From: Bacilli bacterium
GTDB lineage: Bacteria; Bacillota_I; Bacilli_A; RFN20; CAG-826
Reading direction: 5' to 3'
NCBI GenBank assembly: GCA_024408505.1
Contig: JAKSUZ010000002.1
Location: forward strand, 65,337 to 129,336
DNA: 64,000 nucleotides
Shown here: in pieces, positions 45,925 to 55,864 of the stretch
Layout: every line of letters begins with the position of its first letter
Numbering within the stretch: the first letter of the stretch is position 1
Translations under genes and position numbers: made by a program
Notes under the pieces: generated by a model
What the model saw: only the letters and a program-made list of their open reading frames with translations
Told to the model about the DNA's origin: nothing
Database searches by the model: none

Positions 45925-45932
45925 ATTATACA
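45925..45932 (-). promoter_or_regulatory. TGTATAAT box 8 nt upstream of ATG 45916
   Basis: TGTATAAT-N8-ATG with no SD. Confidence 0.4.
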
Positions 45933-45991
45933 CTGTAGTGTATAAGAAATAAATATAAGAAGCAGACTGCTAGTGTCAATAATTGACTGAC

Positions 45992-47773
45992 TTACTTCTT
46001 GGGGAAACGCGTACGATTTGCGTTATAACTTGTGTGAAGTAAATGATGAGATTTCTCACCACATGGTTCACCAAGGAAATCCTTATAGATTGCTTTGATG
46101 TCTGGGTTGTTATGGCTTTGACGAACGGTCTGCCTTTCATCTTCGCTATAAAGCACCGCTGCTCTCTTCTTACGATAAGTATCACGGATGTTATCCTTTT
46201 CGTTTGGTAAGAAACAAGGCTTCACGTATGGTTGGCCACCACCATTAATACATCCACCTGGGCAACCCATAATTTCAATAAACGCATATGGTGATTTACC
46301 CGCACGGATATCATCAAGCAATGGTTTTGCGTTCGCCATACCAGAGGTAATTGCGACTTTAACTTTTTGACCCGCAAGATCAAATTCGGCTTCTTTTACA
46401 TTCTTTTGACCACGGACTTCTTTAAAGTCTAAGAAACCAGCTTCTTGACCAGTTAAGATAAACTTAGCGGTTCTAAGCGCAGCTTCCATAACTCCACCCG
46501 TAGTACCAAAAATCACGCCTGCTCCACTATATTTACCAAGAAGATCGTTATCGAATTCTTCTTCTGGTAACTTTTGCCAATTAATACCAGCACGTTTAAT
46601 CATTCTGGCTAATTCGCGAACCGTTAAGACCGCGTCAACATCAGGTAAATTATTAACGGCTGCATTTTCTTTTCTGGTCTTTTCGTATTTCTTAGCGGTA
46701 CAAGGCATAATGGAAACCACAAAGATGTCTTCTGGTTTTAAGTTATGTTTCTCTGCATAATAAGACTTAATAATTGCACCTTCCATTTCATGTGGTGATT
46801 TACAAGTTGAAACATTTGGAATTAGATCTGGATAGAAATATTCCATATAGTTAATCCAACCTGGTGAACAAGAAGTGATTTGTGGTAACACTCCTTTATT
46901 CTTAATTCTATTAAGTAATTCAGTACCTTCTTCCATAATGGTTAAATCCGCAGCGAAGTTAGTATCAAATACACGATGGAATCCTAAACGATGAAGCGCT
47001 GCGACCATTTTACCTGTACCGGTAGTGCCAATCTTTTCACCAAACTCTTCGGCGATGGTAGCACGTACAGCTGGAGCGGTTTGAACAATAACTTTCTTAC
47101 CCGCCTTAAAGGCTTCATCAACTTTTTCAATTTCACTCTTTTCAAGTAATGCACCCGTTGGACACACTAAGATACATTGTCCACATTGCATACATGGTGA
47201 TTCACTAAAGGAACGATTATCGGCAGGACCGACAATAGTCTTAAATCCACGTTTTTGGAAACCAAGAACGCCGATTCCTTGAAGCGCTTTACAAGTCTCA
47301 ACGCAACGTCCACAAAGAACGCACTTACTCGTATCACGCATAATACCAGGAGCGATTTCATCCACAGTAGTTTCGGTTTGTTCGCCTTGATACATATCAT
47401 CACGCGCACCAGTCATTTGAGCGGCTAAGAGTAATTCGCAATTACCATTCTTAATGCATTGTTGACAATTCTTGTTGTGGTTACTTAAAAGTAATTCAAC
47501 CGAAGTACGACGCGCTGCTAATGCTTTTTGGGAGTTGATATGAATATCAATTCCTTCGTTAATTGGATAAACGCAGCTTGCGATTAATCCACGAGCACCC
47601 GTTACTTCAACTAAGCACACACGGCAACTACCACGGCTACATAAACCATTTTCAAAAGTACAAAGATGAGGGATATCATAACCGCATTTTCTCGCGGCTT
47701 CCATGATGGTTAATCCTTCTTCAACTTGATAAGGATGACCTTCAATCTTAATGTTTAATAATTTCTTTTCCAT
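45992..47773 (-). CDS. hydA: [FeFe] hydrogenase catalytic subunit (HydA of a HydABC-type complex)
   Basis: N-terminal 2Fe-2S ferredoxin fold and several 4Fe-4S Cys clusters. H-cluster motifs TSCSPGW (L1 variant), MPCTAKKYE (L2), EIMGCPGGCINGGGQP (L3). Confidence 0.92.
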   Translation of the reverse strand: MEKKLLNIKIEGHPYQVEEGLTIMEAARKCGYDIPHLCTFENGLCSRGSCRVCLVEVTGARGLIASCVYPINEGIDIHINSQKALAARRTSVELLLSNHNKNCQQCIKNGNCELLLAAQMTGARDDMYQGEQTETTVDEIAPGIMRDTSKCVLCGRCVETCKALQGIGVLGFQKRGFKTIVGPADNRSFSESPCMQCGQCILVCPTGALLEKSEIEKVDEAFKAGKKVIVQTAPAVRATIAEEFGEKIGTTGTGKMVAALHRLGFHRVFDTNFAADLTIMEEGTELLNRIKNKGVLPQITSCSPGWINYMEYFYPDLIPNVSTCKSPHEMEGAIIKSYYAEKHNLKPEDIFVVSIMPCTAKKYEKTRKENAAVNNLPDVDAVLTVRELARMIKRAGINWQKLPEEEFDNDLLGKYSGAGVIFGTTGGVMEAALRTAKFILTGQEAGFLDFKEVRGQKNVKEAEFDLAGQKVKVAITSGMANAKPLLDDIRAGKSPYAFIEIMGCPGGCINGGGQPYVKPCFLPNEKDNIRDTYRKKRAAVLYSEDERQTVRQSHNNPDIKAIYKDFLGEPCGEKSHHLLHTSYNANRTRFPKK

Positions 47774-47783
47774 AACTATCTCC

Positions 47784-49655
47784 TTATCTCTTGCTTATTG
47801 CACCAAACTTACATGTAGACATACATGCACCGCACTTGATACATTTCTTTGGATCAATCTTAAAGGCTTCTTTACCCACTACGCCAGTAATAGCGCCAAC
47901 TGGGCAGCCTCTTGCGCACATTGAGCATTTCTTACACTTATTAGGATCAATTACGTATTCCATTAAATCCTTACATTCATGCGCTGGGCATTTATGATCA
48001 CGAACATGGGCTTCGTATTCATCTCTAAAGTTCTTCATAGTTGAAAGAACTGGGTTCGCTGCGGTTTGACCTAAACCACAGAGCGCACCGTTTTTAGTTG
48101 CGAAGCTAAGTTCTTGTAAGTAATCAAGATCTTGCATCGTGCCTTGGCCTTTCGTAATCTTAGTTAAGATTTCTAAAATTCGTTTAGTGCCAACACGGCA
48201 TGGAGTACATTTACCGCAACTTTCATCTGCGATGAATTCCATATAGAATTTCGCGATATTCACCATACAGTTATCTTCATCCATTACGATCGCACCACCA
48301 GAACCCATCATTGAGCCTTGAGCGATTAAGTTATCGTAATCAATTGGAGTATCTAAGTTCTTAACGGTTAAACAACCACCAGAAGGACCGCCAGTTTGGA
48401 TGGCTTTAAATTTCTTTCCGTTTGGAACGCCACCACCGATATCATAGACTAATTCTTTTAAGGTTAAGCCCATTGGGACTTCAACTAGACCAACGTTATT
48501 GACCTTGCCGCCAAGAGCAAACACTTTAGTACCCTTACTCTTTTCAGTACCAACTTTCGCATATTCAGCTGCACCTACTCTTAATATATAAGGAACGTTT
48601 GCTAGAGTTTCAACGTTATTAATAATAGTTGGTTTTTGCCATAAGCCTTTTATAGCTGGGAATGGTGGTCTTGGACGTGGCATGCCGCGCTTACCTTCAA
48701 TTGAATTAAGAAGAGCGGTTTCTTCACCACAGACGAACGCACCAGCACCAAGTCTAATGTGAGCTTGGAAGCTAAAGTCGGTGCCTAAGATGTGACGACC
48801 TAATAAACCAATTTTATTGAGCGTTTCAATTGCTTTCTTTAAACGCATAACTGCGATTGGATATTCCGCACGAACATAGAAGTAACCTTCTTTCGCACCA
48901 ATCGCGTAGCCAGCGATAATCATACCTTCAATAACATTGAATGGGTTCGCTTCAAGCATACTTCTATCCATGAATGCGCCTGGGTCACCTTCATCACCAT
49001 TACACACAACATATTTCATCTTGTTATCTTGATCATGGGCGAATTGCCATTTTCTACCAGTTGGGAAACCCGCACCACCACGGCCTCTTAAACCCGACTT
49101 TAAGATTTCATCAATAACTTCTTGAGGTTTCATGGTTAAGGCTTTCGCTAAACCTTTAAACGAGTCATAACCTAATGCTTCTTCAACGTTTTCTGGATCA
49201 ATCATGCTACTTCCATGTAATGCAACACGTTTTTGTTTTGCGTAGAATGGAATATCTTCTTGTTTTGGATATTTAGTTTGAGTATTTGGATCAACATAGA
49301 CTAAATCTTCACAAACTTGATGATTAACGATATCGTTTTCGATAATCTTATCCACATCACTTAATTTAACCATTCGATATAAAGTATTTTCTGGGAAAAT
49401 CTTCACGAATGGACCTTGAGAGCAGAAACCAAAGCAACCAACGAAGTTCACGGTTACTTTATTTTCTAATCCTTTTTCTTTTAATTTATTAACAATTGCA
49501 TCATGGATATCTTGAGATTTATTAGATAAACAACCAGTACCACCACAAATAACAATGGCGCGTTTACCATCTTTACCTTCGAATTTAGCTTTTAAACAGC
49601 CTTCGCATTCACCAATCTTTTTGGCAAGATCTTGTGCATTTCTTATTTTTGCCAT
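47784..49655 (-). CDS. hydB: NuoF-like NADH-binding flavoprotein subunit of the hydrogenase (HydB)
   Basis: GRGGAGFPTGRKW FMN/NADH motif, SLBB and 4Fe-4S (ESCGKCTPCR) regions, two C-terminal ferredoxin-type clusters. Confidence 0.92.
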   Translation of the reverse strand: MAKIRNAQDLAKKIGECEGCLKAKFEGKDGKRAIVICGGTGCLSNKSQDIHDAIVNKLKEKGLENKVTVNFVGCFGFCSQGPFVKIFPENTLYRMVKLSDVDKIIENDIVNHQVCEDLVYVDPNTQTKYPKQEDIPFYAKQKRVALHGSSMIDPENVEEALGYDSFKGLAKALTMKPQEVIDEILKSGLRGRGGAGFPTGRKWQFAHDQDNKMKYVVCNGDEGDPGAFMDRSMLEANPFNVIEGMIIAGYAIGAKEGYFYVRAEYPIAVMRLKKAIETLNKIGLLGRHILGTDFSFQAHIRLGAGAFVCGEETALLNSIEGKRGMPRPRPPFPAIKGLWQKPTIINNVETLANVPYILRVGAAEYAKVGTEKSKGTKVFALGGKVNNVGLVEVPMGLTLKELVYDIGGGVPNGKKFKAIQTGGPSGGCLTVKNLDTPIDYDNLIAQGSMMGSGGAIVMDEDNCMVNIAKFYMEFIADESCGKCTPCRVGTKRILEILTKITKGQGTMQDLDYLQELSFATKNGALCGLGQTAANPVLSTMKNFRDEYEAHVRDHKCPAHECKDLMEYVIDPNKCKKCSMCARGCPVGAITGVVGKEAFKIDPKKCIKCGACMSTCKFGAISKR

Positions 49656-49657
49656 AA

Positions 49658-50146
49658 TTACGCCTCCACTTTTCCTTCTTGATAATCTTTGATAATGCCT
49701 GGAATATCACTAACTTTTAATTTAGGGAAAACCCGGTCATTAATTTTCATTGTTGGTGCTAAAGCACACGCCCCGATACAGCGAAGTGCATCAACAGTAA
49801 ATAAACCATCTTCAGTACTATCGCCAGCTTTCTTTAATTTAAGGACTTCAAGCACTTTATCGATAATTGCTTGTGAGCCTTTAACATAACAAGCAGTGCC
49901 TAAACACACACCAATTACATATTTTCCTTTTGGTTTAAGAGAGAAGAATGAATAAAAGGTTACCACACCGTAAATTTCCGCAACGGGTAAACCAATTTGT
50001 TCAGAAACAATCTCTTGAACTTCTAGTGGAATGTAACCAAACTCTTTTTGGATGTCACTAAGGATCATCATTAAAGGAGTTGGCTCATTTTTGTAAAGAT
50101 TACATATTTCGATAATACGTTCTTTAGCAATATTTTGTATAGCCAT
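49658..50146 (-). CDS. hydC: NuoE-like [2Fe-2S] subunit of the hydrogenase (HydC)
   Basis: Thioredoxin-like 2Fe-2S pattern CLGTACYVKG ... CIGACALAP. Confidence 0.9.
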   Translation of the reverse strand: MAIQNIAKERIIEICNLYKNEPTPLMMILSDIQKEFGYIPLEVQEIVSEQIGLPVAEIYGVVTFYSFFSLKPKGKYVIGVCLGTACYVKGSQAIIDKVLEVLKLKKAGDSTEDGLFTVDALRCIGACALAPTMKINDRVFPKLKVSDIPGIIKDYQEGKVEA

Positions 50147-50230
50147 AATAAATCTCCATTTTTATCCAGCGTTATTATTATAATAATAAAAACGCTTTAT
50201 CTCAATAACAATATTACGTTTTTTGACGTT

Positions 50231-52513
50231 TTATCTACGGTTGGGCTTTTTTAGATATAAAGTATGCGGTATTTTAGCGTAGTCAATCGTCTCGGTCATA
50301 ACCTTCTTATAACCATTTCTCGTATAAATATTGCCATAATCATACACATCATCGATATAAACCTTTAGACGATGATTTTTGGTGAAATCATTTAAAATTT
50401 TGAATAAACGATCGTTTAATTCAGGATCTTTAGAAATCGCGATGTCGTGAACATACCAATAACGATCGTTCGGCTTATAGATTAAATGATGACGTGAATA
50501 ATCATCAAATGTATTGCTTCTTGAGATTTCGCCAGCCTTACCACTAAAAATATATAAACACTTATTGCCAAAGTTAGCGAAGGTATCACTATCAATTCGT
50601 TTAAAACTATTTGGGAAAACCATAATCGCTTCCGAGTTACCACGTTTATTACTATAAATGACACCATGTTTAAGCGCATAAATTAAACGATATTTAAAAT
50701 AGTGATAATAAGTACCAATATTCATCGGACGCTTCTTTAAGAAACGAGATGTCATTCGTTTATATCTAATTCTTACCCAAGTATCAAAGCGAATAAATGG
50801 ATAGAAGAATTTATCTTTGGCTTTCTTTGGCTTAACCGAATATTTCTTTAATCTTTCTTGTAACATTAAAATTTCTTCAACACGCGCACCGATACGAAGT
50901 TGCTGTAAGAATTCATAATCTTCTTTGTAATTTTTTAAGGCTGATAAAATCAACACATCAATATCACGTTTTTGTAAAACATAATATTTCTTTAATAAGA
51001 GTTCCATCTTGAAATCTTTCATTAATTTCTTTGTTTCTCTCTTCTCTTTTATTTGTGACATGAAAGCAAACGGACGCTTAATCTTATGCTTATTAATATA
51101 GATAAAGCGATAAATTAAATAAGCGATAAATGAACCGCCTGCTAAAGCAGCCCCAATCGGATAACCGATATAAGTTGGAGCGTTAATACATTCAGGCGCC
51201 ACAATAATATAGGTCATTGATACGGCTACCATGAATGCAGCCGGTATTGCAGTAATAAAATCACTACCTTTATAAATGTTCTTCTTTAATAAGTAGAAGG
51301 TTGCAATCCAAAGTGCCACCATTGCTAAAGTTTGATTAGCGGCTGCAAAATAACGCCACAATACATTAAAGTCGAGGAACGCTAATCCTACACCAGCGCC
51401 TACTACTGGAATGGTTAAAATTAAACGATTCCAAATTTTCTTTTGATCTAAGTGGGTTGCTTCCGCAACAATTAAACGTGCACCACGGAAAGCTGTATCA
51501 CCACTAGTGATTGGACAAACAACAACACCAATAATTGCTAGTGCGCCACCAAACGGACCAAGTACCGTTTGTGATATTTCATTAACTACTCCTCCTGCAG
51601 AGCCGAATTTATCAATAGCCGCTTGGAGTAATTGTGCTGAACCATAGAAAGCAACACCTGCGGCTGCCCAAATAAGAGCAATAACGGCTTCACCAACCAT
51701 GGCACCGTAGAATATTTGTCTTCCTTGCTTCTCATTAACCATACATTTAGCGGCCATCGGTGATTGCGTTGCATGGAATCCACTAATCGCACCACAAGCA
51801 ACTGTCACGAACATACACGGCCACATTGGTAAACCGTGTGGATGCTCCCAAGTTAATTGGGTCCAGAATTCAGGAATATTAGATAAGTATCCTTGACCCG
51901 CTAAACCACCAAGGACACTAAATGCCATAATAAATAAAAGGATGCCAAAGATTGGATATAACTTACCGATAATCTTATCAATCGGTAAAATAGTTGCTAA
52001 GAAATAATAGGCAATAATCATGCCAATCCAGAACCATTGACTTAATACCTCAGGAGTTAAATCCGCTAAAATCCCTGCAGGCGTTACTAAGAACACGGTT
52101 CCACATAAGATAAGTAATAAAACCGAGAACCCACGCATGATCCATTTCATGACTTTACCAATATAGATACCAGATAATTCAGCAATTGATGCTCCACCAT
52201 TACGGTTAGAAATCATACCGACCATAAAGTCATGAACTGCACCACCTAAAATCGTTCCAAATATAATCCAAAGGAAAACCACTGGGCCAAATACTGCACC
52301 CATAATTGGACCAAAGATTGGACCGGTACCAGCGATATTAAGTAATTGGACTAAAAACAATCTTGGTTTCGCCATTGGAACGCAGTCAACACCATCGTTA
52401 ATAGCAATTGCAGGAGTCTTTCTACTATCAGGCGCAAACACTCGACTAGTGACACGCGAAAAAATCATGTAACCACCAATGAGAACGATAAATGATATTA
52501 ATAGTGAATACAT
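50231..52513 (-). CDS. cstA: CstA/BtsT-family transporter fused to a soluble C-terminal domain of about 280 aa (possibly GNAT-like)
   Basis: The N-terminal roughly 480 aa are polytopic with CstA-like blocks (FGHQFAAIAG-type region reads LLNIAGTGPIFGPIMGA). There is no in-frame stop before the hydrophilic C-terminal part (residues about 480-760). Confidence 0.75.
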   Translation of the reverse strand: MYSLLISFIVLIGGYMIFSRVTSRVFAPDSRKTPAIAINDGVDCVPMAKPRLFLVQLLNIAGTGPIFGPIMGAVFGPVVFLWIIFGTILGGAVHDFMVGMISNRNGGASIAELSGIYIGKVMKWIMRGFSVLLLILCGTVFLVTPAGILADLTPEVLSQWFWIGMIIAYYFLATILPIDKIIGKLYPIFGILLFIMAFSVLGGLAGQGYLSNIPEFWTQLTWEHPHGLPMWPCMFVTVACGAISGFHATQSPMAAKCMVNEKQGRQIFYGAMVGEAVIALIWAAAGVAFYGSAQLLQAAIDKFGSAGGVVNEISQTVLGPFGGALAIIGVVVCPITSGDTAFRGARLIVAEATHLDQKKIWNRLILTIPVVGAGVGLAFLDFNVLWRYFAAANQTLAMVALWIATFYLLKKNIYKGSDFITAIPAAFMVAVSMTYIIVAPECINAPTYIGYPIGAALAGGSFIAYLIYRFIYINKHKIKRPFAFMSQIKEKRETKKLMKDFKMELLLKKYYVLQKRDIDVLILSALKNYKEDYEFLQQLRIGARVEEILMLQERLKKYSVKPKKAKDKFFYPFIRFDTWVRIRYKRMTSRFLKKRPMNIGTYYHYFKYRLIYALKHGVIYSNKRGNSEAIMVFPNSFKRIDSDTFANFGNKCLYIFSGKAGEISRSNTFDDYSRHHLIYKPNDRYWYVHDIAISKDPELNDRLFKILNDFTKNHRLKVYIDDVYDYGNIYTRNGYKKVMTETIDYAKIPHTLYLKKPNRR

Positions 52514-52534
52514 ATCCTAAGGATATTATATAAC

Positions 52535-53629
52535 TTATTTACTACTCTTAACGGTTTGTTCGCAATATATGCATTTATATTCACCCTTCTTGCTAGTTGG
52601 GATGAATTTATGTTCGTGTTCTTGTTCGACGCTAGAAATACATCTAACGTTTTTGCATTTTAAATCATAACGAACTTTCTTTTTATCATATAAAGGTTCT
52701 TTCTTCGGGTTCTTCTTAGCGAGCTCTAATAATTTAAGAATTAACGCCATTCTAATATATTTACCATTTAGTGTTTGGCGGAAATACGCAGCACGGTAAT
52801 CATCATCAACCTTCACGCTGATTTCGTTCACACGTGGTAAAGGATGAAGGATTCTTAAGCCTTTCTTTGCTTTTTTTAATTTATTAACTGTTAAGACATA
52901 TGAATTCTTTAAACGCTCATATTGTTTTTGATCAAAGAATCTTTCTCTTTGAATGCGAGTCATATAAAGAATATCTAAATCTTTAATGTTATCTTCTAGG
53001 TTAGTAACCTCTTTATATTTCATATGATTCTTTTTAATAATGTCATTGATGACATAATCTGGCATTCTTAATTCTTTAGGAGAGATTAAAACCAGCTTAA
53101 TATTTTTATAACGCGACATCGCCATCGTTAAAGAATGAACGGTACGACCATATTTAAGATCACCACACATTCCAATCGTTAAATTATTAAAACCACCTTT
53201 CTCACGATAGATGGTTAACAAGTCCGCTAGAGTTTGGGTTGGATGACAATGCATTCCATCGCCGGCATTAATTAAAGGAATATTCGCAGCGATTGCACCT
53301 GCTAACGCAGCCCCATCTTTTGGATGACGCATCGCAATAATATCCGCAAAGTTAGAAACAACTTTACAAGTATCCGCTACGCTTTCGCCTTTTGCGGTGG
53401 AAGATGAACTAGCTTCACTAAAACCTAAAACATTACCACCAAGTTCCATCATCGCTGCAGTAAAAGATAATCTAGTTCTGGTAGATGGCTCAAAGAAAAG
53501 GGTTGCGAGTTTTTTACCTTCGCATGCATGTGCATACCATTTAGGATGTTTAATAATGTCGCATGCCGTTTTACAAAGATCATCAATTTCTTTAGCGGTT
53601 AAATCTTTGATATCAATGACACTTCTCAT
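52535..53629 (-). CDS. pyrB: aspartate carbamoyltransferase catalytic chain with a C-terminal PyrI-type zinc-domain-like tail
   Basis: STRTRLSF, HPTQ and HPLPR motifs. The last roughly 55 aa read CKNVRCISSVEQEHEHKF....GEYKCIYCE, which matches the PyrI Zn-domain pattern. Confidence 0.9.
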   Translation of the reverse strand: MRSVIDIKDLTAKEIDDLCKTACDIIKHPKWYAHACEGKKLATLFFEPSTRTRLSFTAAMMELGGNVLGFSEASSSSTAKGESVADTCKVVSNFADIIAMRHPKDGAALAGAIAANIPLINAGDGMHCHPTQTLADLLTIYREKGGFNNLTIGMCGDLKYGRTVHSLTMAMSRYKNIKLVLISPKELRMPDYVINDIIKKNHMKYKEVTNLEDNIKDLDILYMTRIQRERFFDQKQYERLKNSYVLTVNKLKKAKKGLRILHPLPRVNEISVKVDDDYRAAYFRQTLNGKYIRMALILKLLELAKKNPKKEPLYDKKKVRYDLKCKNVRCISSVEQEHEHKFIPTSKKGEYKCIYCEQTVKSSK

Positions 53630-53631
53630 AA

Positions 53632-54270
53632 CTACCTCTTAATCCAACTTTCATCGCTTGGGTTATTGCGGAACGCTAATAATTTCTTTTTATCACTAGC
53701 TTTAATATATTTATTTTTCACTGCAACTTCAATAATCGTATCAAAGTTAGTGAGTGAAATATTTTTAACTTTTTCTTTCTTAAGTGCATCAACGCTTTTC
53801 TTCATACCATAGGTAAAGATTGAAACCATACCTAATACTTTAATTTTATGTTCACGAAGAACTTTAACAATTTCTAATGATGAGCCTCCAGTAGAAATTA
53901 AATCTTCTACGACTACTACTTTACTACCTTCAGGAATATTACCTTCGATTTGATTTTGACGACCATGATCTTTAGCGCCAGCTCTAACATAACCCATTGG
54001 TAAATCCATAATGTGTGCGGTAATCGCTGCATGTGGAATACCGGCAGTTGCAGTACCCACTAATATTTTTGCATCAGGGAAATTCTTTTTAATTACCTTT
54101 GCCAAATTATGTTCAATATCATCTCTCACCTTTGGTGAAGTTAAGGTTAAGCGGTTATCACAATAAATTGGACTTTTAATTCCGCTTGCCCATGTGAATG
54201 GTTTATTAGGCCGCAGAAACACCGCTTTAATCTTTAATAAGTCCTTCGCAATTAATTCTTCTACTTTCAT
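53632..54270 (-). CDS. pyrE: orotate phosphoribosyltransferase
   Basis: PRPP-binding motif VVVVEDLISTGGSS. Operon context. Confidence 0.93.
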   Translation of the reverse strand: MKVEELIAKDLLKIKAVFLRPNKPFTWASGIKSPIYCDNRLTLTSPKVRDDIEHNLAKVIKKNFPDAKILVGTATAGIPHAAITAHIMDLPMGYVRAGAKDHGRQNQIEGNIPEGSKVVVVEDLISTGGSSLEIVKVLREHKIKVLGMVSIFTYGMKKSVDALKKEKVKNISLTNFDTIIEVAVKNKYIKASDKKKLLAFRNNPSDESWIKR

Positions 54271-54953
54271 CCGATAAACTCCTTACAACATCTAATATAT
54301 GCTTTTACTGGATCAGGCGCTTCCGTTATCGGACGCCCAACCACAATATAATCTGAACCAATCTTTTTTGCTTCACTTGGTGTCATAACTCTTTTTTGAT
54401 CACCTTTTGCATTTTCTTTAAATCTCACTCCAGGAGTGACTGTTATAAAATTCTTGCCGCATACTTGATGAACTTTCTTGGCCTCTAATGGAGAACACAC
54501 TACTCCATCAAGCCCGCTAAGTTTTGCGTTCTTAGCATAATGCATAACTACTTTATCAATCTTTTCTTTGATTAATAAATCTTTACTCATTGCTTCTTGA
54601 TCAGTTGAAGTTAATTGAGTAACCGCAATTAAAATTGTTTTATTTCCTAAACCTTCTTTAGCGGCTTTCATCATCGCTTTAGTTCCGCTCGCATGACAAT
54701 TAACCATATCTACATTAAATTTACTTAATACGGCCATACTCTTTCTGACGGTATTAGGAATATCATGAAGTTTTAAATCTAAGAAAATTTTATGTCCACG
54801 TTTTTTAATTTCTTTTACAATGCTTGGACCTTCACTATAAAAAAGTTCCATCCCGATTTTAACGAATGGTTTGTGTTTTTTAAATTTAGATAAGAACTTT
54901 AAGGTTTCTTCTTTACTCGCAAAATCACAAGCGATGATTACATCTTTTCCCAT
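54267..54953 (-). CDS. pyrF: orotidine 5'-phosphate decarboxylase
   Basis: IIACDF, KIGMELFY and FLDLKLHDIPNTV motifs. Confidence 0.93.
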   Translation of the reverse strand: MGKDVIIACDFASKEETLKFLSKFKKHKPFVKIGMELFYSEGPSIVKEIKKRGHKIFLDLKLHDIPNTVRKSMAVLSKFNVDMVNCHASGTKAMMKAAKEGLGNKTILIAVTQLTSTDQEAMSKDLLIKEKIDKVVMHYAKNAKLSGLDGVVCSPLEAKKVHQVCGKNFITVTPGVRFKENAKGDQKRVMTPSEAKKIGSDYIVVGRPITEAPDPVKAYIRCCKEFIG

Positions 54954-55864
54954 TATTTACATCCTCCTATGATTTCCTTTAGTGATTCTATTTTATATTG
55001 CTTCATGACTTTAGGTAAATCATTAATAATCTTTGGACATATATATGGATCCACTAAATTAGCCGAACCAATTTCTACTGCGGTTGCGCCTGCTAACATC
55101 ATTTCAATTACATCTTCTGCGCTTGAAATTCCACCAATACCTATTACTGGAATTTTAACGGCATGCGCTACTTGATAAACCATTCTTAAAGCGATTGGGA
55201 AAATGGCGTCTCCGCTATAACCACCAAAAGTATTTTTAATAATTGGCGTACGTTTCTTTAAATCGATTCTCATAGATAAAAATGTATTCACTAATGAAAT
55301 CGCATCTGCGCCAGCCTTTTCTACTGCTTTAGCGATACTTACAATATCAGTCACATTTGGCGAGAGCTTAACGATAATCGGTTTCTTACTTACTTTCTTA
55401 ACGGCTTTAGTGACTTTCGCGGCCACATCTTTATCAGTGCCAAAAGCCATACCGCCACCATGAACGTTTGGACAAGAAATATTAATTTCAAACCATCCAA
55501 TCTGTGGACAGTTATTTAATTTCTTTACCACGTATACATAATCATCAATTGAGAATCCACTTACATTTGCGATTACTTTATTTTTATATATCTTTTTTAA
55601 ACGCGGATATTCCTCTTTAATAAATTCATTCACGCCTGGGTTTTCTAAACCGACTGCATTAATCACACCATTCTTTCCTTCAGCAATTCTAGGAGTAGGA
55701 TTACCATATCTAGCTTCTTTAGTAAGGGCTTTAAGACAGAAACTACCTAAACAATTTAAATCATAAAGCATAGCGAATTCTTGACCAAAGCCAAACGTTC
55801 CACTCGCGGGGATAATTGGATTAGATAATGTGATACCACATAATTTAACTTTTGTATTTACCAT
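54953..55864 (-). CDS. pyrD: dihydroorotate dehydrogenase, class 1B catalytic subunit
   Basis: NISCPNV active-site region, GGISSAEDV. Followed upstream by pyrK. Confidence 0.93.
   Translation of the reverse strand: MVNTKVKLCGITLSNPIIPASGTFGFGQEFAMLYDLNCLGSFCLKALTKEARYGNPTPRIAEGKNGVINAVGLENPGVNEFIKEEYPRLKKIYKNKVIANVSGFSIDDYVYVVKKLNNCPQIGWFEINISCPNVHGGGMAFGTDKDVAAKVTKAVKKVSKKPIIVKLSPNVTDIVSIAKAVEKAGADAISLVNTFLSMRIDLKKRTPIIKNTFGGYSGDAIFPIALRMVYQVAHAVKIPVIGIGGISSAEDVIEMMLAGATAVEIGSANLVDPYICPKIINDLPKVMKQYKIESLKEIIGGCK

Noticed and set aside
45976-46185. 69-aa ORF overlapping the hydA 3' end, and the 71-72-aa ORFs at 45490-45952
   Set aside because: They overlap well-supported genes and show no independent signals.
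50171-50205. Long AT-rich hairpin AGCGTTATTATTAT/AATAATAAAAACGCT between cstA and hydC
   Set aside because: It has no U-run on the minus (transcribed) strand, so I cannot support it as an intrinsic terminator. It may simply be an AT-rich palindrome in a promoter region.
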